Below, one piece after another: positions 18,350-32,720 of a stretch of DNA of 64,000 bases. Origin of the DNA: the human T2T-CHM13v2.0 reference genome, Homo sapiens; assembly GCF_009914755.1 (NCBI RefSeq), contig NC_060942.1. One strand, written 5' to 3'. How positions within the stretch are numbered: position 1 is the first letter of the stretch; every line of letters starts with the position of its first letter. The position numbers were made by a program, and so were the translations under genes. The notes under the pieces are model-generated. The model was not told the DNA's origin. It saw nothing but the letters and a program-made list of their open reading frames with translations, and ran no database searches.

Positions 18350-19035
18350 TTTTTTTTTTTTTTTTTTAGAGCAAGAGTTTTTATTGTTGTTGTTGTTTTC
18401 TTTTTTTTAACTTTTAAGTTCAGGGGTACATGCATGGGTTTGTTATATAGGTAAACTTGTGTCATGGGGGTTTGTTGTACAGATTATTTCATTACCCAGG
18501 TGTTAAGCCTAGTACCTATTCATTATTTTTCCTGATCTTCTCACTCCTCCCACCCTCCACCCTCCTATGGGCCCCAGTGTGTGTTGCTCCCTTCTGTGTG
18601 TCCATGCGTTCTCATCACTTAGCTCTCACTTATACGTGAGAACATGCGTTATTTGCTGGTGAGGCTATAGAGAAAAAAATGCTTATACACTGTTGGTGGG
18701 AGTGTAAATTAGTTAAACCATTGTGGAAGACCATGTGGCAATTCCCCAAAGACCTAAAGACAGAAATACTGTTCAACCCAGCAATCTCATTACTGGGTAT
18801 ATACCCAGAGGAATATAAATTGTTCCATTACAAAGACACATGTACGTGCTATGTTCATTGCAGCACTATTCACAATAGCAAAGAAAATGCTGTCAATGAT
18901 AGACTGGATAAAGAAAATGTGGTACATATACACCATGAAATACTATGCAGCCATTAAAAAGAACAAGATCATGTCCTTTGCAGGGACATCGATGGAGCTG
19001 GAGGCCATTATCCTTTGCAAACTAAGACAGGAACA
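18350..19035. mobile_element. Truncated primate L1 (older L1PA) with 5' inversion
   Basis: About 18400-18654 is the L1 3' end on the minus strand; about 18655-19035 is the adjacent upstream L1 part on the plus strand (translation IHCWWECKLVKPLWKT = ORF2p C-terminus). Confidence 0.85.
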
Positions 19036-19699
19036 GATAAACATGCTTAATAATAAATCTTTGTGTGTATTATTGACTTTTATCCTTAGAATTAATTGCT
19101 GTAATTGTAATTGCTGTGCTAAAAAGGAGTAATCGTATAACTTTTGGTATATTTTGACAATTTGACTTCCAGAACACTTGCTTCATTTTGCTCTCCTAGC
19201 AATTTTAGAGCTCCTATTTATCTAAATTACTGACAAATTTGGTTTTTTTCTTTCCTGGTAAATTTGATGGTGAAAATTTGTGTTATGTTATTTTTCTGTG
19301 TAATAACACACAAAATAATGTTTGGTAATACTGCTTGTGGTACATTTCTGATTTCAATGAGAATATCTTGTGTTTGGCTATGTAGTATAATGTCTCTTGC
19401 TCTTACATATGTTCTTTATCATGCTAAGGAATGTTATTAGGTCTTTTAAAATAAGAAATGGAGATTTATTTTTACTACAACCTTTAAAAAATCTTAGTCA
19501 TTATATTATTTTTATTGATGTAATGAATTAGATTAAACTGTTTCTAGTTATTAAACAAACCATTCTTGGATTACAGTAATAAGCCTAACTTACTGTGGTT
19601 GATCAATAAGCATTTGTTTGACAAACATTTTTGAACAAATCATCGTTTGCTATAACACAGGATTGCATTTGCTTCTAAGTTACTAAGGTTTGCTGTATT

Positions 19700-19930
19700 A
19701 ATGTTATGTAGGGAGGCCGAGCGAACGTTTTGATGTTGTCTTTGTACGTTTTGGTGGTGGAGCAACACCATGACTTAGATGCTGCTATTTTCATCCCCAT
19801 TTTGCCAATGAAGAAACTGATGGATATGGGGTTTAAATGACTTCCTCGAGGTCTCTCAGATGTAAAGGGCAGAGCTGGGGTGGAATCTAAATGGTCAGAG
19901 TCCGGGTTCCATGCTTTTATCCTCTGCATT
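19700..19930. mobile_element. MIR
   Basis: catccccattttgccaatgaagaaactga core. Confidence 0.7.
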
Positions 19931-20604
19931 GTAAGAGCAGAGACAAATGGTCTGTAGGGAAGACGAGCCTTCTCTGTGCACTACGGTAGGCAAGCTGCGT
20001 TACTAAAAAGACAACGCTCCAAGAATTCACCACGCAAGTTCTTTCCCTTAGACATATTTTCCATCAATTGTTTAAAATTATGCCATGGTAGAGTTTTAAT
20101 TTTCTCCTGTAAATTTCTGGTTGTGTTTTTTCTCTTTTATTGACAAGAAAAAAATATATATCTCACACATCCTCACATGTGTCCAGAATCGAACTTGTAG
20201 TAGCTTGGCATTATATCCCTGTTTCATGAATAATACACTGTAGCCCTTTATAACATCCTCAGTTAGTTTTACAAGAAAGGGTGCAGTTTCCGCATTATTC
20301 CGTAGTTGAAGGTGTCTTTATTTAAGACTTACTGTGATTGATAGCTTGTTTGGGCGTAGAGTAGGTTCAAATCAGTCCCGTGTGTTGCTGGAACCACGGT
20401 CAAGGCGGGTCGTTTTCTCGGTCACACACCGGAGGCGTCTTCTTCTCCCCGGAAGCTGCCATTTTCTCTCCCTGTTCTCAAATTTCTTCAGAATGTTTCT
20501 GGATGTGAATCTTTTAAAATTTATCTTGTCTCTAAGTGAATGTTTTGATTCTCAAAACTTCCGTTCATCTTTAGATCTGTGGAGGAAGTCTCTTCTATTA
20601 TTAT

Positions 20605-20710
20605 TTTTTTTTGAGACAGGGTCTCGCTCTATCTCCCACGCTGGAGTGCAGTGTCGCCATCTCTGCTCACTGCAGCCTCAGCTTCCCAGGCTCAAGGGAT
20701 TCTCCTCCTT
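20605..20710 (-). mobile_element. Alu fragment (AluJ/FLAM-like)
   Basis: gagacagggtctcgctct...gctcactgcagcctca...ggctcaag. Confidence 0.8.
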
Positions 20711-23289
20711 CTATTATTTCTTTGGCAATTTCTTCATCTCTTTTTTTCTCTTCCGAGGTCTGCTGTTAGTCAGTTGGGGGATGACACAGATGGTGCCTTC
20801 ACGCTATGTCTCTTGTCTTTCTTATTCTTCTTGTCTTTTTTTTCTCTTCCATTCTGGGATACCTCCCTCACTCTATTTTTTAGAAAAGTTAGAAGCATAT
20901 TTTAGACTCCAAAACCCTTTTTGTCCTCTGATTATTCCATTTTAGAGCATATTGATTTTATTTTGTGAAAGTAATATCTTCCTGAGTATCTTAGAATGTT
21001 AACTAATATTATTTTCTTTCTGTTCCCTGAGTTATCTCTGTCTTTTTTTCCTGTCAGTTTTTATTCATCTTTCTCTTCCATATTACCCCGTTGTCTTTAC
21101 ATGGCTGATGATCTTTGATGACGCGTTTACACTGGATTGCTTCTTCGAGACTGTTTGATGAGTGTAGGGAGTGCCAATTTCTCAATCTCATTATACTTGT
21201 TTTTTCTTTACTCAAACTCAAGTTGAGACGAGCTTGGCCAGTGCATGTGAGGCTCTAGGCCCCTTATCTCTGTCCCTGTTGTGATAATATGTTTTTTCTG
21301 GCATATCCACATAGGTCCTCAGAGCTTTTAATCTGGTTCTGAATTTATCTTAAGTTTTCCCTATGGCATTTATTGGGATGCATCATATTCTAACCATAAT
21401 TTATGTTTCTTTCATACTTTGAGTTTATGAAGATTTTGACAATGAAAAATCCCAGCTTGCTTTTCTACCAAGTTATTTCAAACATTTTCACCAACCCATG
21501 AACTTTACCTGTGGAGGCTACACCATGCATGTTCATCATATCACATCCTTCTCTTTTTGTCTCAATCTGCTCCTATTCATTTTCTAGATTTTAAAAGTCT
21601 GGAATCTGCTGTGAGTGAATAAGACAGATGGTGTTTAATGGCTAAAAGTAGTGAGAAGAGGGAGTACTGTTTTAAAGTACTATGGGGAATATCTGTCCAT
21701 GTTTCTAGTTTGATTTACCTTTGTTTCTTTACATGAGGTGGGGCTGGGATTTATGAAGGCTCTGCCAACTCCACTTCCTTTTTAAGGTAGTTTCTATTTT
21801 TTGAGGCTGTTTTATAAAATCTTTAGGTTTATCTGCTTATTTTTATTTCCTTCAAATTTCTGAGATTAATTTGACTTGCCAGTCTTTATATCCAGTGCTG
21901 CTGAAAGTCTTACATTTTATAGCAATTTGGGAGAGACTTATTAGAGGCTGCAAATGAGATGCATCTTCTTTAATACTTTAAAAATTATTAGCTATTTGCT
22001 AGAAACACACAATCTTGAATGTCAAAATTGATCATGCTATTTATTCATCTAAGTTATTATACTGGAATTTGTTCTGAAATAGAAATGCTCCTGTTGCCTC
22101 TGTAAACTGGCTTGTAAAACCTATGAAGAAGAAATGAAGGGGGAAGATTTAGAGAGCAGATTCTGATAAACTGAGCAGAAAGAAACTAAAAGAATATAGT
22201 AATTATCTTCAGAACTCAAATCCCTTATAATTATTGGGATTTGGCTTTGACTATATAATTTAGTTTGGGAATTATTAATAAATCATTTCTGTTTAACTTG
22301 AAAGAGTTTAACTTTTTAATAATGGTAGAATAAAGAGGCAATATTGACATAAATATTTAAAATTGATTGAAAACTTTATTTTTCCTAGTGACATGTTATC
22401 TTTTATCTATTGGACTAAAACTAACATCACAGAATGAAAATGGAGAACTTTGAATAATATGAACATCTTTGAACTATTTCTCAATCAAGTACTTGGAAAA
22501 GTAGCGTTTGTCATAGGGTGCAGCTGGTAAAACCACAGGTGATGTATGTGAAGCCTTCGAAAGATACCTTATCCCCATGTTCTTGTTCTGTTCCTTTCAC
22601 TAAGGTCTAGAGTATCGTGAGAGGAATGAATTACTTCCAGTGACTTTACCACTTTTAAAAAAACCACCCATATTATTATTGGTCAAATTTAATACTGACT
22701 TAATGCTAGATTAGTCACTACTATTGTTATCATTTAAAAACTGCTTTGCATTATATGGGTTATATATTATTAGGTCATATCTTCACAGTCATAAACAATG
22801 TCAATTCCACATCAACATTATTAAGGTGGGACTATTACCTTCATCTTAGTCTCATTATTATTTAAAAATTTCCACAAGTGTCCCTTGGAAATATCTATCA
22901 TTTGTCCTATATCATATGGACATATGGATAAGGAATTGATCTAAATATCCAGGAGACTAGAGTAGATTAAATAAATTATAATAATTTATATAATGAGCAG
23001 TTATACAGATGAAAAAATAATAAGGTATGGCTCCATTTGTTGATGGTCAAGAAATATTACTAAGTGAAAAAGAAGCAAAATCCACATCTTTGTATAAGCT
23101 ATCATCTGATTCATGCAAATAAAATATATATATATGCTACATATTTATATATAAGGGACTATATGCATGTAATTTTTTCTCAAATGATACTTGTCAAACA
23201 ATCTTAGTGATTGTTTTTTCGGGAAAGGTAAAGACTAGAGGAGGGAAACTTTTATCCCCAATTTTAAAATATAAGTTGCCTTTTTTTGA

Positions 23290-23945
23290 ACAGTTCTTCA
23301 CTGCTGATGGGAATGTAAACTAGTGTAATCACTGTGGAAAACAGTGTGGAGATCCTTAAGGAACTAAAAGGAGAACTACCATTTGATCCAGCAACCCCAC
23401 TTCCAGGTATCTGCCCAGAGGAAAAGAAGTCATTATATGAAAAAGATACTTGCACAGGCATGTTTATAGCAGCAAAATTGACAATTGCAAAAATATGGAA
23501 CCAGCCCAAATGCCTATCAATCAACCAGTGGTTGAGGAAATTGTGGTATATACATATATATATGATGGAATACTACTCAGCCATAACAGGAACAAATGAA
23601 TGCCATTCGCAGCAACCTGGATGGAACTGGAGACCATTATCCTAAGTGAAGAAACTCAGGCATGGAAAGTCAAACATCACATGTTCTCACTCATAAGGGG
23701 GAGCTAAGCTGTGAAGATGCAAAGGCATATGATTGATATAATGGACTTTAGGGACTTGGGGAAAATGGTGGGAGGGGGTGAGGAATAAAAGGGATAAAAG
23801 ACTACAAATTGGGTTCAGTGTATATTGCTCAGATGATGGGTGCACCAAATTCTCACAAATCACCACTAAAGAACTTTACTCATGTAACCAAATACCAACT
23901 GTTCCCCAAAAACCTGTGGAAATAAAAAATTTTTAAAAAGTGAAA
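23290..23945 (+). mobile_element. 5'-truncated L1 (L1PB/L1MA-like) 3' end with TSD
   Basis: ORF2 C-terminal translation (MENSVEILKELKGELPFDPATPL), 3' UTR, aataaa/A-tail; direct repeat aagttgccttttttt on both sides. Confidence 0.88.
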
Positions 23946-26319
23946 AAAGTTGCCTTTTTTTTCAGTGACGTAATGTACATTCATGATGTTGTGTAATCAT
24001 CCCACTGTCTATCTCTGGAACTTTTTCATCTTCCCAGACTGAACCTCTCTATCCCTTAAACAATGACTCTTCACTCCTATCTCTCCCCAGACCCTGGTAA
24101 CCTGTGTTCTGCTTTCTGTCCCTATGAATTTGCCTATTCTAGACACATTCAGTTTTATACCTTCCATTATTATCTGAATTTTCTGATCATGTGCATGTGT
24201 TACTTTCATTTGTTACAAAATGTCAACATGGGTTATCAGGTAAAAGGATTATGGGCCGTTTTTATTTCCCACTTAGAGTTTTCTGTTTTAAAATAACCCT
24301 AATAAATGTTCTTGTATATGATCTCATGGAGGAAGAGGTAACTGATATGCCTGGGGGAGAAAGAGCTGAGGTACCATTTCTTTTAAGATACAGGAAACCT
24401 TCATTTGTATGTAATTCCCAATGATACTCTGTTGCCCTATTAAACAGTTACTGGCAACAGCATGAAGAGAGGTTATTATTGCATTAATATGCATGAATTA
24501 ATTAAGTTGAACTTTATTGTAGCAAGCTGGTTAGAACGTTAGGTCATGATACATTTATTTAATAGCTTTTGATAAAATTGTTAAACTATTTTAATAAGTA
24601 AAAAGATTTGATATATTAAATTAGCAGAAAATAATAGAAATTGTCATTTAATTTTTGATGGCATAATTGCCATGGGCTATAAAAACCATTTATAAAATTA
24701 TTACACTTCTAAAGATATTTATCCTAAGGAGATAAACTATCACAAGAAAAAATTTCCATAAGAATAAATGTTGTGACCTTGCTTCCAATATTTTATGATT
24801 GTAAGTGATCTAAATATTTAACAATAGGAAAACGACTAAGTATGTTAACATATATCACTCAATAGATTAAAAATGATAGCTAACAAGAATATACAGTGAT
24901 ATCAGAAATTCTTCTTGGATTAAGCAAACAAAAGTAGGACAGTAATTTTATGGATACTATGTAATTATTCAAAAAGTCCACTGAAGTTGACATTTATTTA
25001 ATCAACAATTACTTAATTGCCTGCTTCAGTAGTGTAATTTCATTTTCATCCTTCCCGGCCTGTTGGGAGCACTCAAGGTCATTGCCAACTGCCTGAGTGT
25101 GGAAGTTCTCTCCTCTGTCTCTGTCCCTGTCCACTCTTTCTCTTCCTTGCTCTCTTCCTGTGTGTATGACTGTCCCTTCTCAAGTCACTATTTTGGTTTC
25201 CCATGCTTTTGTGCCTGAAATCTTTCCTCCTCAAGGTTTTGCCATGAATCCTCATTCTCGCCATTCTACACAATGAGTGATCTTCTCCTCTTCCAAGAGG
25301 TATTATAAAAACGAGGATATGCTTGGCTGCAGTAACAAATAGACCCAATATTTCCATGGCTCATTCAGGCAGAAATTTATTTATTGCTCATAGAATAATC
25401 TGAGTCTTTGCTCCAGGCTATGGGAGTGGACCTTCTCTTTAGGATCATCAGGGACCCAGACAGCCATTTTAGGGGAGGGACGGGACATGATTCCATGGGT
25501 AAAGTTTGACTAAAACCGAGGCTCTGAAGCTCACATTACCCCTCTGAGAAGGACGGTGCTGGCTGACGTCTTTCACAGGAGACACAGGGGAGCACTTGGA
25601 AGTGGAAAGGACGGGAGAGGATGGAACACTGGGTCCCAAGCTGGGGTCAGATGTGGGCCCTAAGTTTCTGTTTCATGCGCCCCAAGCTGGGGCCCTGGAA
25701 GGGCATGCAGGTGAGGGAGCACAATGGCTGACAGCAACTCCCAACACACATTGCTGGACACCAGAGTGCCACTGTTTACCGCGGGACCTAAAGTCTTGGT
25801 CTGATAAATTTTAAATGGCTTTTTGTTTGAATGATTTTGACTTATCTTCTTATCAAAGGGGAATTTCTACCTGTGTTTTCACTTTATGAGTTCTATAACA
25901 TGCAACAAGAACAATTTTCTGAAAGAGACTTGAAAGATTTCCTCATTCTTTTGGAGTAGAGAGTATACCTGTGCAGTTCCTTCCTGAATATTTGAGAATC
26001 TGGGTTTGAAATGATGACTATAGGAAAAATAAAATAACCAGGGCATCAAATGTCGGCACAAATGCACAAACCTCTTTCTTGGCTGAATTCCTCTGGGATA
26101 TCTCGATATTCCCATATTAGGTTTGTTACACTGTAAACAATGAATTTTAGGTTCAATTTCTTTTATGGGACTGTGTGTTTTTAATGCCGTGCATCATTCA
26201 AGTCTCTGCTGCACATTCAACTCAGGATAGGGGGATGGGGTGCCTGCTAGCGGCTCAGAGCTTGCACAATGAGAAGTGGGCCAAATTAGTCTCCCATGCC
26301 ATACTTCTTCCCCACATTT

Positions 26320-26960
26320 TAAAAAAAGCATTTTATTTCAGAACAGTTTTTGGTTTGCAGAAAGTTGTGCAGATGCCACAGAGTCCCAGGATCCCTGCAC
26401 TGTCTTCCCGGTTACCATCTTATGTTATCATGTTACGTTTAGCATAGCTAATAAGCCAATATTGATAGGTTATTATTAACTATAAACTAAACTCCACTAT
26501 TAATTTGGGCTTCACTAGCTTTTCCCTAATGTCTTATTTTAGTTCCAGGATGTCATCCAAGACACCACCTTACATCTAATTGTCATATGTCTTTAGGCTT
26601 CTCTGGGCATTGACAGCTTCTCAGACTATCCTGGTTTTGATGAACTTGAGAATTGTGAGCAGCACTGATCAGGCATTCTGGAGGATGGCTCTCAATCCGG
26701 GTTTTTTCTGAGGATGGCTCTCAATCCGGGTTTTTTCTGATATTTCTCCCACGCTTATGCTGGGGTTATGGGTTTTTGTGAGGAAGACCACAGAGGTGAA
26801 GTGCCATTTTCATCAAAATTCAATAAATAATTCATAAATGAATGTACACGTGGCTATGGATGTTGACCTTGATCACCCAGCTGGGGCAGTGTCTATCAGG
26901 TTTCCTCTCTGTACAGTTACTCTCTCTCCCGCTTTCCATATTGTACTTAATGTTTACTCT
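26320..26960 (-). mobile_element. Old L1MC/ME-like fragment
   Basis: Degraded L1 3' antisense text (gaggaagaccacagaggtgaagtgccattttcatca). Confidence 0.6.
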
Positions 26961-26970
26961 CAATAAAGCA

Positions 26971-27030
26971 TCCCCTCCCCTCCTCCTCCTCACCCTCCTC
27001 CTCCTCACCCTCCTCCTCCTCCTCCTCCTT
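26971..27030 (+). repeat. (CCT)n microsatellite
   Basis: Direct reading. Confidence 0.9.
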
Positions 27031-30000
27031 TTTTTCTTCTCTTTCATTACCTCTCTCTCTTTCTCCATTTCCCTTCCCTGCTCTGCCAAAAAGCTGTGTT
27101 TTAAAATGAATCAAGACCTCAAAGCCAATAGAGTGAAGTTAATGGTTAATATTTCAAGCAACATTGAATAATGGGCACGTTTTAGGGGCAAAAAGGCTGT
27201 CAGGTTCGACAGAAATTTTGTACCACCTTAGCAGTTACTCTTTATTCATGCATAAGTTTTGCTTTGGTGGGCTAAAGTTGAGTTTTCAACAGGTTTGTTG
27301 CTGAGAGTTTTAGTAACAGTAAACAGACTCACTTTCTGGCTAATGCTTTATTTGATTGAACAGCTCTGGGGACAGTAAAACAGGAAACATCTGATGCAGT
27401 TGTTCTGAAGGATCACCTTGGTGAAGCCCAATTTCTGCAGATCCTGTGTACAAAGGTCAAGAAACATGCCCAGATCTCCGTATATACTTATTCTGGGTAA
27501 TTAATTTCAGCAAGTGACATCTGGGAAGTAGATCAGGTCTGTCTTCTCTTAATAAGTGGAATATGTCTATTAATTTTGCTATTCCGGACTCCTATAGAAA
27601 ATTATATTTTAATTTACATACAAATTCTAATTTTTAGTCCTCTTTGGAAACCATGGTCTCATATTTACAGGTTATGAAATTGAAATTTAGGTTTCCATAT
27701 GCATTTCTTCTACTAGGAAACTCGTGTGAGGTGAGTTCTGTGTCTCACCCACTCTTCCAGCCAACATGTTTCTCATGATGCCCCCACAAAGGACGCACCT
27801 CCTGACCTGCGGGCACCGCTGCAGCTGCCCTCACACTCTTGCGGGCGTTGCTCCTGCTGCTCCCCCTGTGCTAAATGCTGCTGCAAATCCGCTCTGTGCA
27901 TGACCATGTGCCATGTCCAGCATGTTTCATAGGTGCTATCTCTCATAATAACTAAAGCAAACCTATTTTACAGATGAATTAAGTGAGGCCTAGAAACACG
28001 GAGGAGGTTGCCCTAGGCCACACAGCAGGAAGCTGGGGCATGAGTCCAGGTGTGCCTGACACAAATCCATGCTCTTTATTACTGCACGGCTTTAGCACTT
28101 TCAGTTTGCGATTAGCATCTGCACAGCTGCCTTTGTAAGTTGTCATCGGCAGTCATGCTCACAGGTGCACTGCTTACACACGATGACTGCAGTGACAGTT
28201 CTGCAGAAGCACACAGTGGCTGCAGGCCCGTGACCGGACTCCACCAGTGGTGCTCCACGAGGGCGGCATGCCTGTGGCCTCAGTCTTTTCATTCCTCCTC
28301 TCCCACTCCTAAATGCCTAATAGGAAGCCATGCATACCATGGTAACTTGATACCCTAAAACAGAAGGGAATGAATCAATGCTTAGGTGATGAGTTATGAT
28401 GTCAAGTAACAGATTCAGAGTCCTGCCTTGTGGGGCTTCTCATATTCATTGACAACACCTTCAAGAAAACAATCATTCTCATCCAGATGCCTTTATTTTG
28501 CCATCTGTTATTTCAGGTCTCCATTGCTTTATAGAAGGCAACTATTTCACAGCTAGAGAGGCCTGCAGTGGATTGTATCAGCCAGCAGATATTTGCTCTT
28601 GGCTTCCCACACGCATGGAAGGAGCAGCCTTCCTCAAAGAGTTTCCTGAGGCTTGTTTGTGTGACTTGCTTTGGCCAATCCTGTGTGAGCAGAATGGACA
28701 CACACTGGATCCAAACAAATTAAATGTGCTTTCGGGCTCAGCCTCTTCGTCTCCTCCCCACCCAGCTGATTGTGTTCTCAGCTGGACTCTAGAATGTGGA
28801 TGTGGAACCGACTTGCAGCCAAGCCCACGTGGCAAGCAGACGTGGAAGACAGACGTATGTGCTTCTTGCTGACAGCCTCTGAGTCTCAATGTTTTGCCAT
28901 CTCCAGTATTGCTGCAGCAAAAAGCTGGCTGGGGACAATGTCCATAGTGGTGAAAAATGCCACACACAAAGAAATTGGCATTACACCTTAGTGCTGTCTG
29001 ATCGATTGTGACTGGGGAGTCGCTGGGCGACTGACCTACACCATAGTGATTAAAGTGGGCTGGGCAATGGATGCAGTAAATTAGGGAGCTTGGAGCCCAC
29101 CTTCTGCTCTTTCTGCACCTGGCTGCTCTTCCTTCCTGGCAATCAGTGGCTGGAAGGAGAAACAATGGCTGGTAGTAAGTGGGGTGGGCTTCAATGATAA
29201 CCAAACAACTGTAGGGTTGGGTTAAGCAGCTTTTGATGGGGGGCTAGGGAAGGAACTTCTTAATGATTGTTGGAAGCCTTGAACTGGCAGACAGGTCTGA
29301 GAGCAGGAAGTGCTAAAGGTCAGCATCTTGACTGTTCCACAGAAGAGGCGGTGGTGCTGATAGTTCCAGGCATTACAGAACAGGTGTGGTTCTTTCAAAG
29401 ACAGATGCGTGCCAGAGACCTTGGTGCTTTGACCTCCTTCAGTGGAAATGCCTAAGGAATGAGTATTCTGTGATGGATCTCCTATTTAAGACAAGTATCC
29501 TTTGAAATGAGATGAGACAACTTGGTGGACCCTTTGTCACCATCACTTCCCAACTGTTATCACCTGCTCCAGTGTTTCTTCTTTGCTAGATATTGTACCT
29601 AAATCCTTCCACTTAGAGATACATACTCAATTAGTACTTTCTCAAGATGAACAAAGACCATCATAACAGGTTGCAGTTCCAACTTAGCACACCAGCCAAT
29701 AATATCAACCCAGAATCCCTGCTGGCTCTTGCATGGTTTTTGTTTTAGCAGTCGTTAGCATAAGCGTCCATTGTTAAGTTTTGACCATTTTGGGTCTGAA
29801 TTATGTTGCCCTCCTCAATTATACCATTCTAACCTGGATGATTGACTAGGTGAGAATATATAGAAGGATGCAGTTTTGGAAAAATTATCAATAAAGTTAA
29901 AGGCTGTAGGTGTATTGCCTTCCTCAGCATTTGTTGATTATGAATCAGTAACCATTGCTAAGTTTTGGGTTTTAACTGTCTGTAAAGTACATATTGTCAC

Positions 30001-30070
30001 TATTTTACATGCAGTGTCATTATATTCTTATGTTGACCACACCACAGCCTTCACATTTGATCTATCCATA

Positions 30071-30437
30071 CAATATGGTCTGGCTGCATCCCCACCCAAA
30101 ATCTCATCTTGAATTGTAATAATCCCCACATGTCAAGGGTGGGACCAGGTGGAGATAATTGAACCATGGGAGTGGTTTTCCCCATACTCTTCTCATGATA
30201 ATGAGTTCTCACAAGATCTAATGATTTTATAAGAGGCTTCCCCCTTCACTTTGTCTCTCACTCTCTCTCCTGCTGCCATATGAAGATGGAGGTATTTGCT
30301 TTCCCTTCCACCATGATTGTAAGTTTCCTGAGGCCTCCTCAGCCATGCTGAACTGTGAGTCAATTAAACCTCTTTTCATTACAAATTACCCAGTCTCAGG
30401 TATGTCTTTATTAGCAGCCTGAGAATGGACTAATACA
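30071..30437 (+). mobile_element. THE1 (THE1D-like) solo LTR
   Basis: caatatggtctggct...gactaataca; 5-bp TSD CCATA (30066-30070 / 30438-30442). Confidence 0.92.
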
Positions 30438-31044
30438 CCATATTTCATGAGAAACATTCTTAATAACATTTACTAAATATACCTAACATTTAACAAATAA
30501 TATTATAATATAACCATCTCTATGGTAAGCCTCTTAGTTATAGCTTTGTAGTTTCTAGGGTTAATGATCTTCATTTTGCATTTGGGGAAATAAGGTTTAG
30601 GGCAATTTCCACTATATAAAGTGGAGATTAAAATGACCTCATAAAATTCTTTTGAAGATTAAGAGAATATTAGATACACTATCTACATTAATCTATCATT
30701 TATTCAAACTCTTTATATTTCTGTGAATAAACTTGTCCAAAGTTATAGAGTTACAATGTGAGCAAATACATTCTAAACCAGACTTTTCTGATTCCATAAT
30801 TCATAATCTTTCTACTAAGCTACAGTGTTTTATAAATTCTCTTAAATATATAATTTGGAATTTTCATGCATTCTTAAGTATGTTTTAGTTTGACCCCAGG
30901 AAGTATGTTTCAGTGAAATAAATATCCAACATTGTAATAAGTTCAAAGCACATATATTCCACCCAACAGAATATTATTCAACAAATATAATGTGGTAGCA
31001 TGAGCCACCACACCCGTCCTAAAGTAAAATATTAATATGTCAGT

Positions 31045-31352
31045 TTTTTTGTTTTGTTTTGTTTTTTGAGATGGAGTCTCACTCTGTTGCCCAGGCTGGA
31101 CTGCAGTGGCGCAATCTCGGCTCACTGCAAGCTCTGCCTCCTAGGTTCACGCCATTCTCCTGCCTCAGCCTCCTGAGTAGCTGGGACTACAGGCACCTGC
31201 CACCATGCTCAGCTAAATTTTTTTCCTATTTTTAGTAGAGATGGGGTTTCACCATGTTAGCCAGGATGGTCTCGATCTCCTGATCTCATGATCCACCTGC
31301 CTTGGCCTCCCAAAGTGCTGGGATTACAGCTGTGAGCCACCGCGCCTGGGCT
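31045..31352 (-). mobile_element. Alu (AluY-like)
   Basis: Diagnostic gcaagctctgcctcc..ggttcacgccattctcc; flanks tgtcagttttttt repeated. Confidence 0.92.
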
Positions 31353-32135
31353 ATGTGTCAGTTTTTTTGAATGATCAGCAATTGGCATTGTTTTTACTAT
31401 TGGTCCATTACATTAACAGATAGTTGATTACATCATAAATATGGAGAGATGTGATAAAGTTCTGTCATGAGGAATGCAAGTATCTTAAATAATAGAATCA
31501 GCTGAACTACAGAGAGAAGGAATAAAATACTAAAATAGTAGCATGTTAGAAGCAAGTATGTTAAAATGCAAACATTCACAAGCTGAATGGATGGATAACT
31601 TAAAAGTAGCATTTTTTCTTGCTTATTTTATGCCGTCACTTTTCTTGGAACTTTACATCTATTAGTTCATTTAATTTTCAGAACAACTCCATGGGGGAGG
31701 GACTATTATTATTTCTGTTTTACCAATAAAGCGTCTGAGGCAAAAGAAAGGAGGCAACTAGCGTAAATCCCCCAAATCGGAACAGTAGCTCAGCTGGGGT
31801 TACCCTGGGTTAGAGAGAGGACAGAAGAAGAAATTGGTTGTTTACTGCCAGCTCCATTAATCTATAATGTCTAAAAAATTTAAAAATCATTTTGCTATTT
31901 ATTTTAGCATCTCACATTACACATTACTTCCTATAAGTAACATATGTGTTTCTCCTTATGATAAACAAATGTGATCATATGGAATGTGGAACAGTGTTTA
32001 CCCTCAGCTCCTCCCCACTGTCAGGGCCTTGGAGCGAGGAAGCCAAGGGCTCAGGAGGCTTGGCAAGGGCAAAAATGCAGGAAGGAAGAAGGGAAGTTCC
32101 TGTGGCAGATGTGTGTTTCTGCAGGGGTTGGACAC

Positions 32136-32720
32136 TGTTGGGAAAAGCTGGGTATTGGGAGAAGCTGAGGCAGGGCTTGCATGTCTGACATAATGTAAAA
32201 GAGTCTTGGAACATGAACAAGGTCCAGGGTCGAAAACCCCTCGTGGCGTTTGGAACACCAAGCTCTGTGCTAAAGGGTAGAAGGCTACCCTGACACACCA
32301 CAGTCTAAGCCCAGGGCATAAAACCCCTCGTGGCTTGGATAGAATCCAGGGCTTGTGGCTCTGGAGTGTGTCTAGACTTGCTGCTTCCTTGCTCCTTGCT
32401 CTCCCAGGATCGATTGTATCTTGAGTTAAAAGAACCTGCTCCCCGTTATCTCAAGTAGCAGAGCAGATGCTAAACCATCACAGCTGTAAATCATGTGCTT
32501 AATGCAACCCTTCCTTTCAACCCCACATTCTCACCACCTGTTTCTTTGTTTGATCACCAATAAATAGTCTGGGCTTCCAGAGCTTGGGGCCTTTGCAGCT
32601 TCCACACTCGCAATAGCCCCCTGGTCCCACTTTCTCTCTCAAACTGTCTTTTCTCATTCTTTTGACTCTGCCGGACTTCGTCACCCCCATAACCTAGTTT
32701 TGGGTCTGATCACCCCAACA
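32136..32720 (+). mobile_element. ERV-K class solo LTR (LTR14C-like)
   Basis: 585 bp with inverted termini TGTTGGG...CCCAACA, aataaa near 32559, flanks gacac/gaccc; the start resembles my recollection of LTR14C. Confidence 0.75.
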
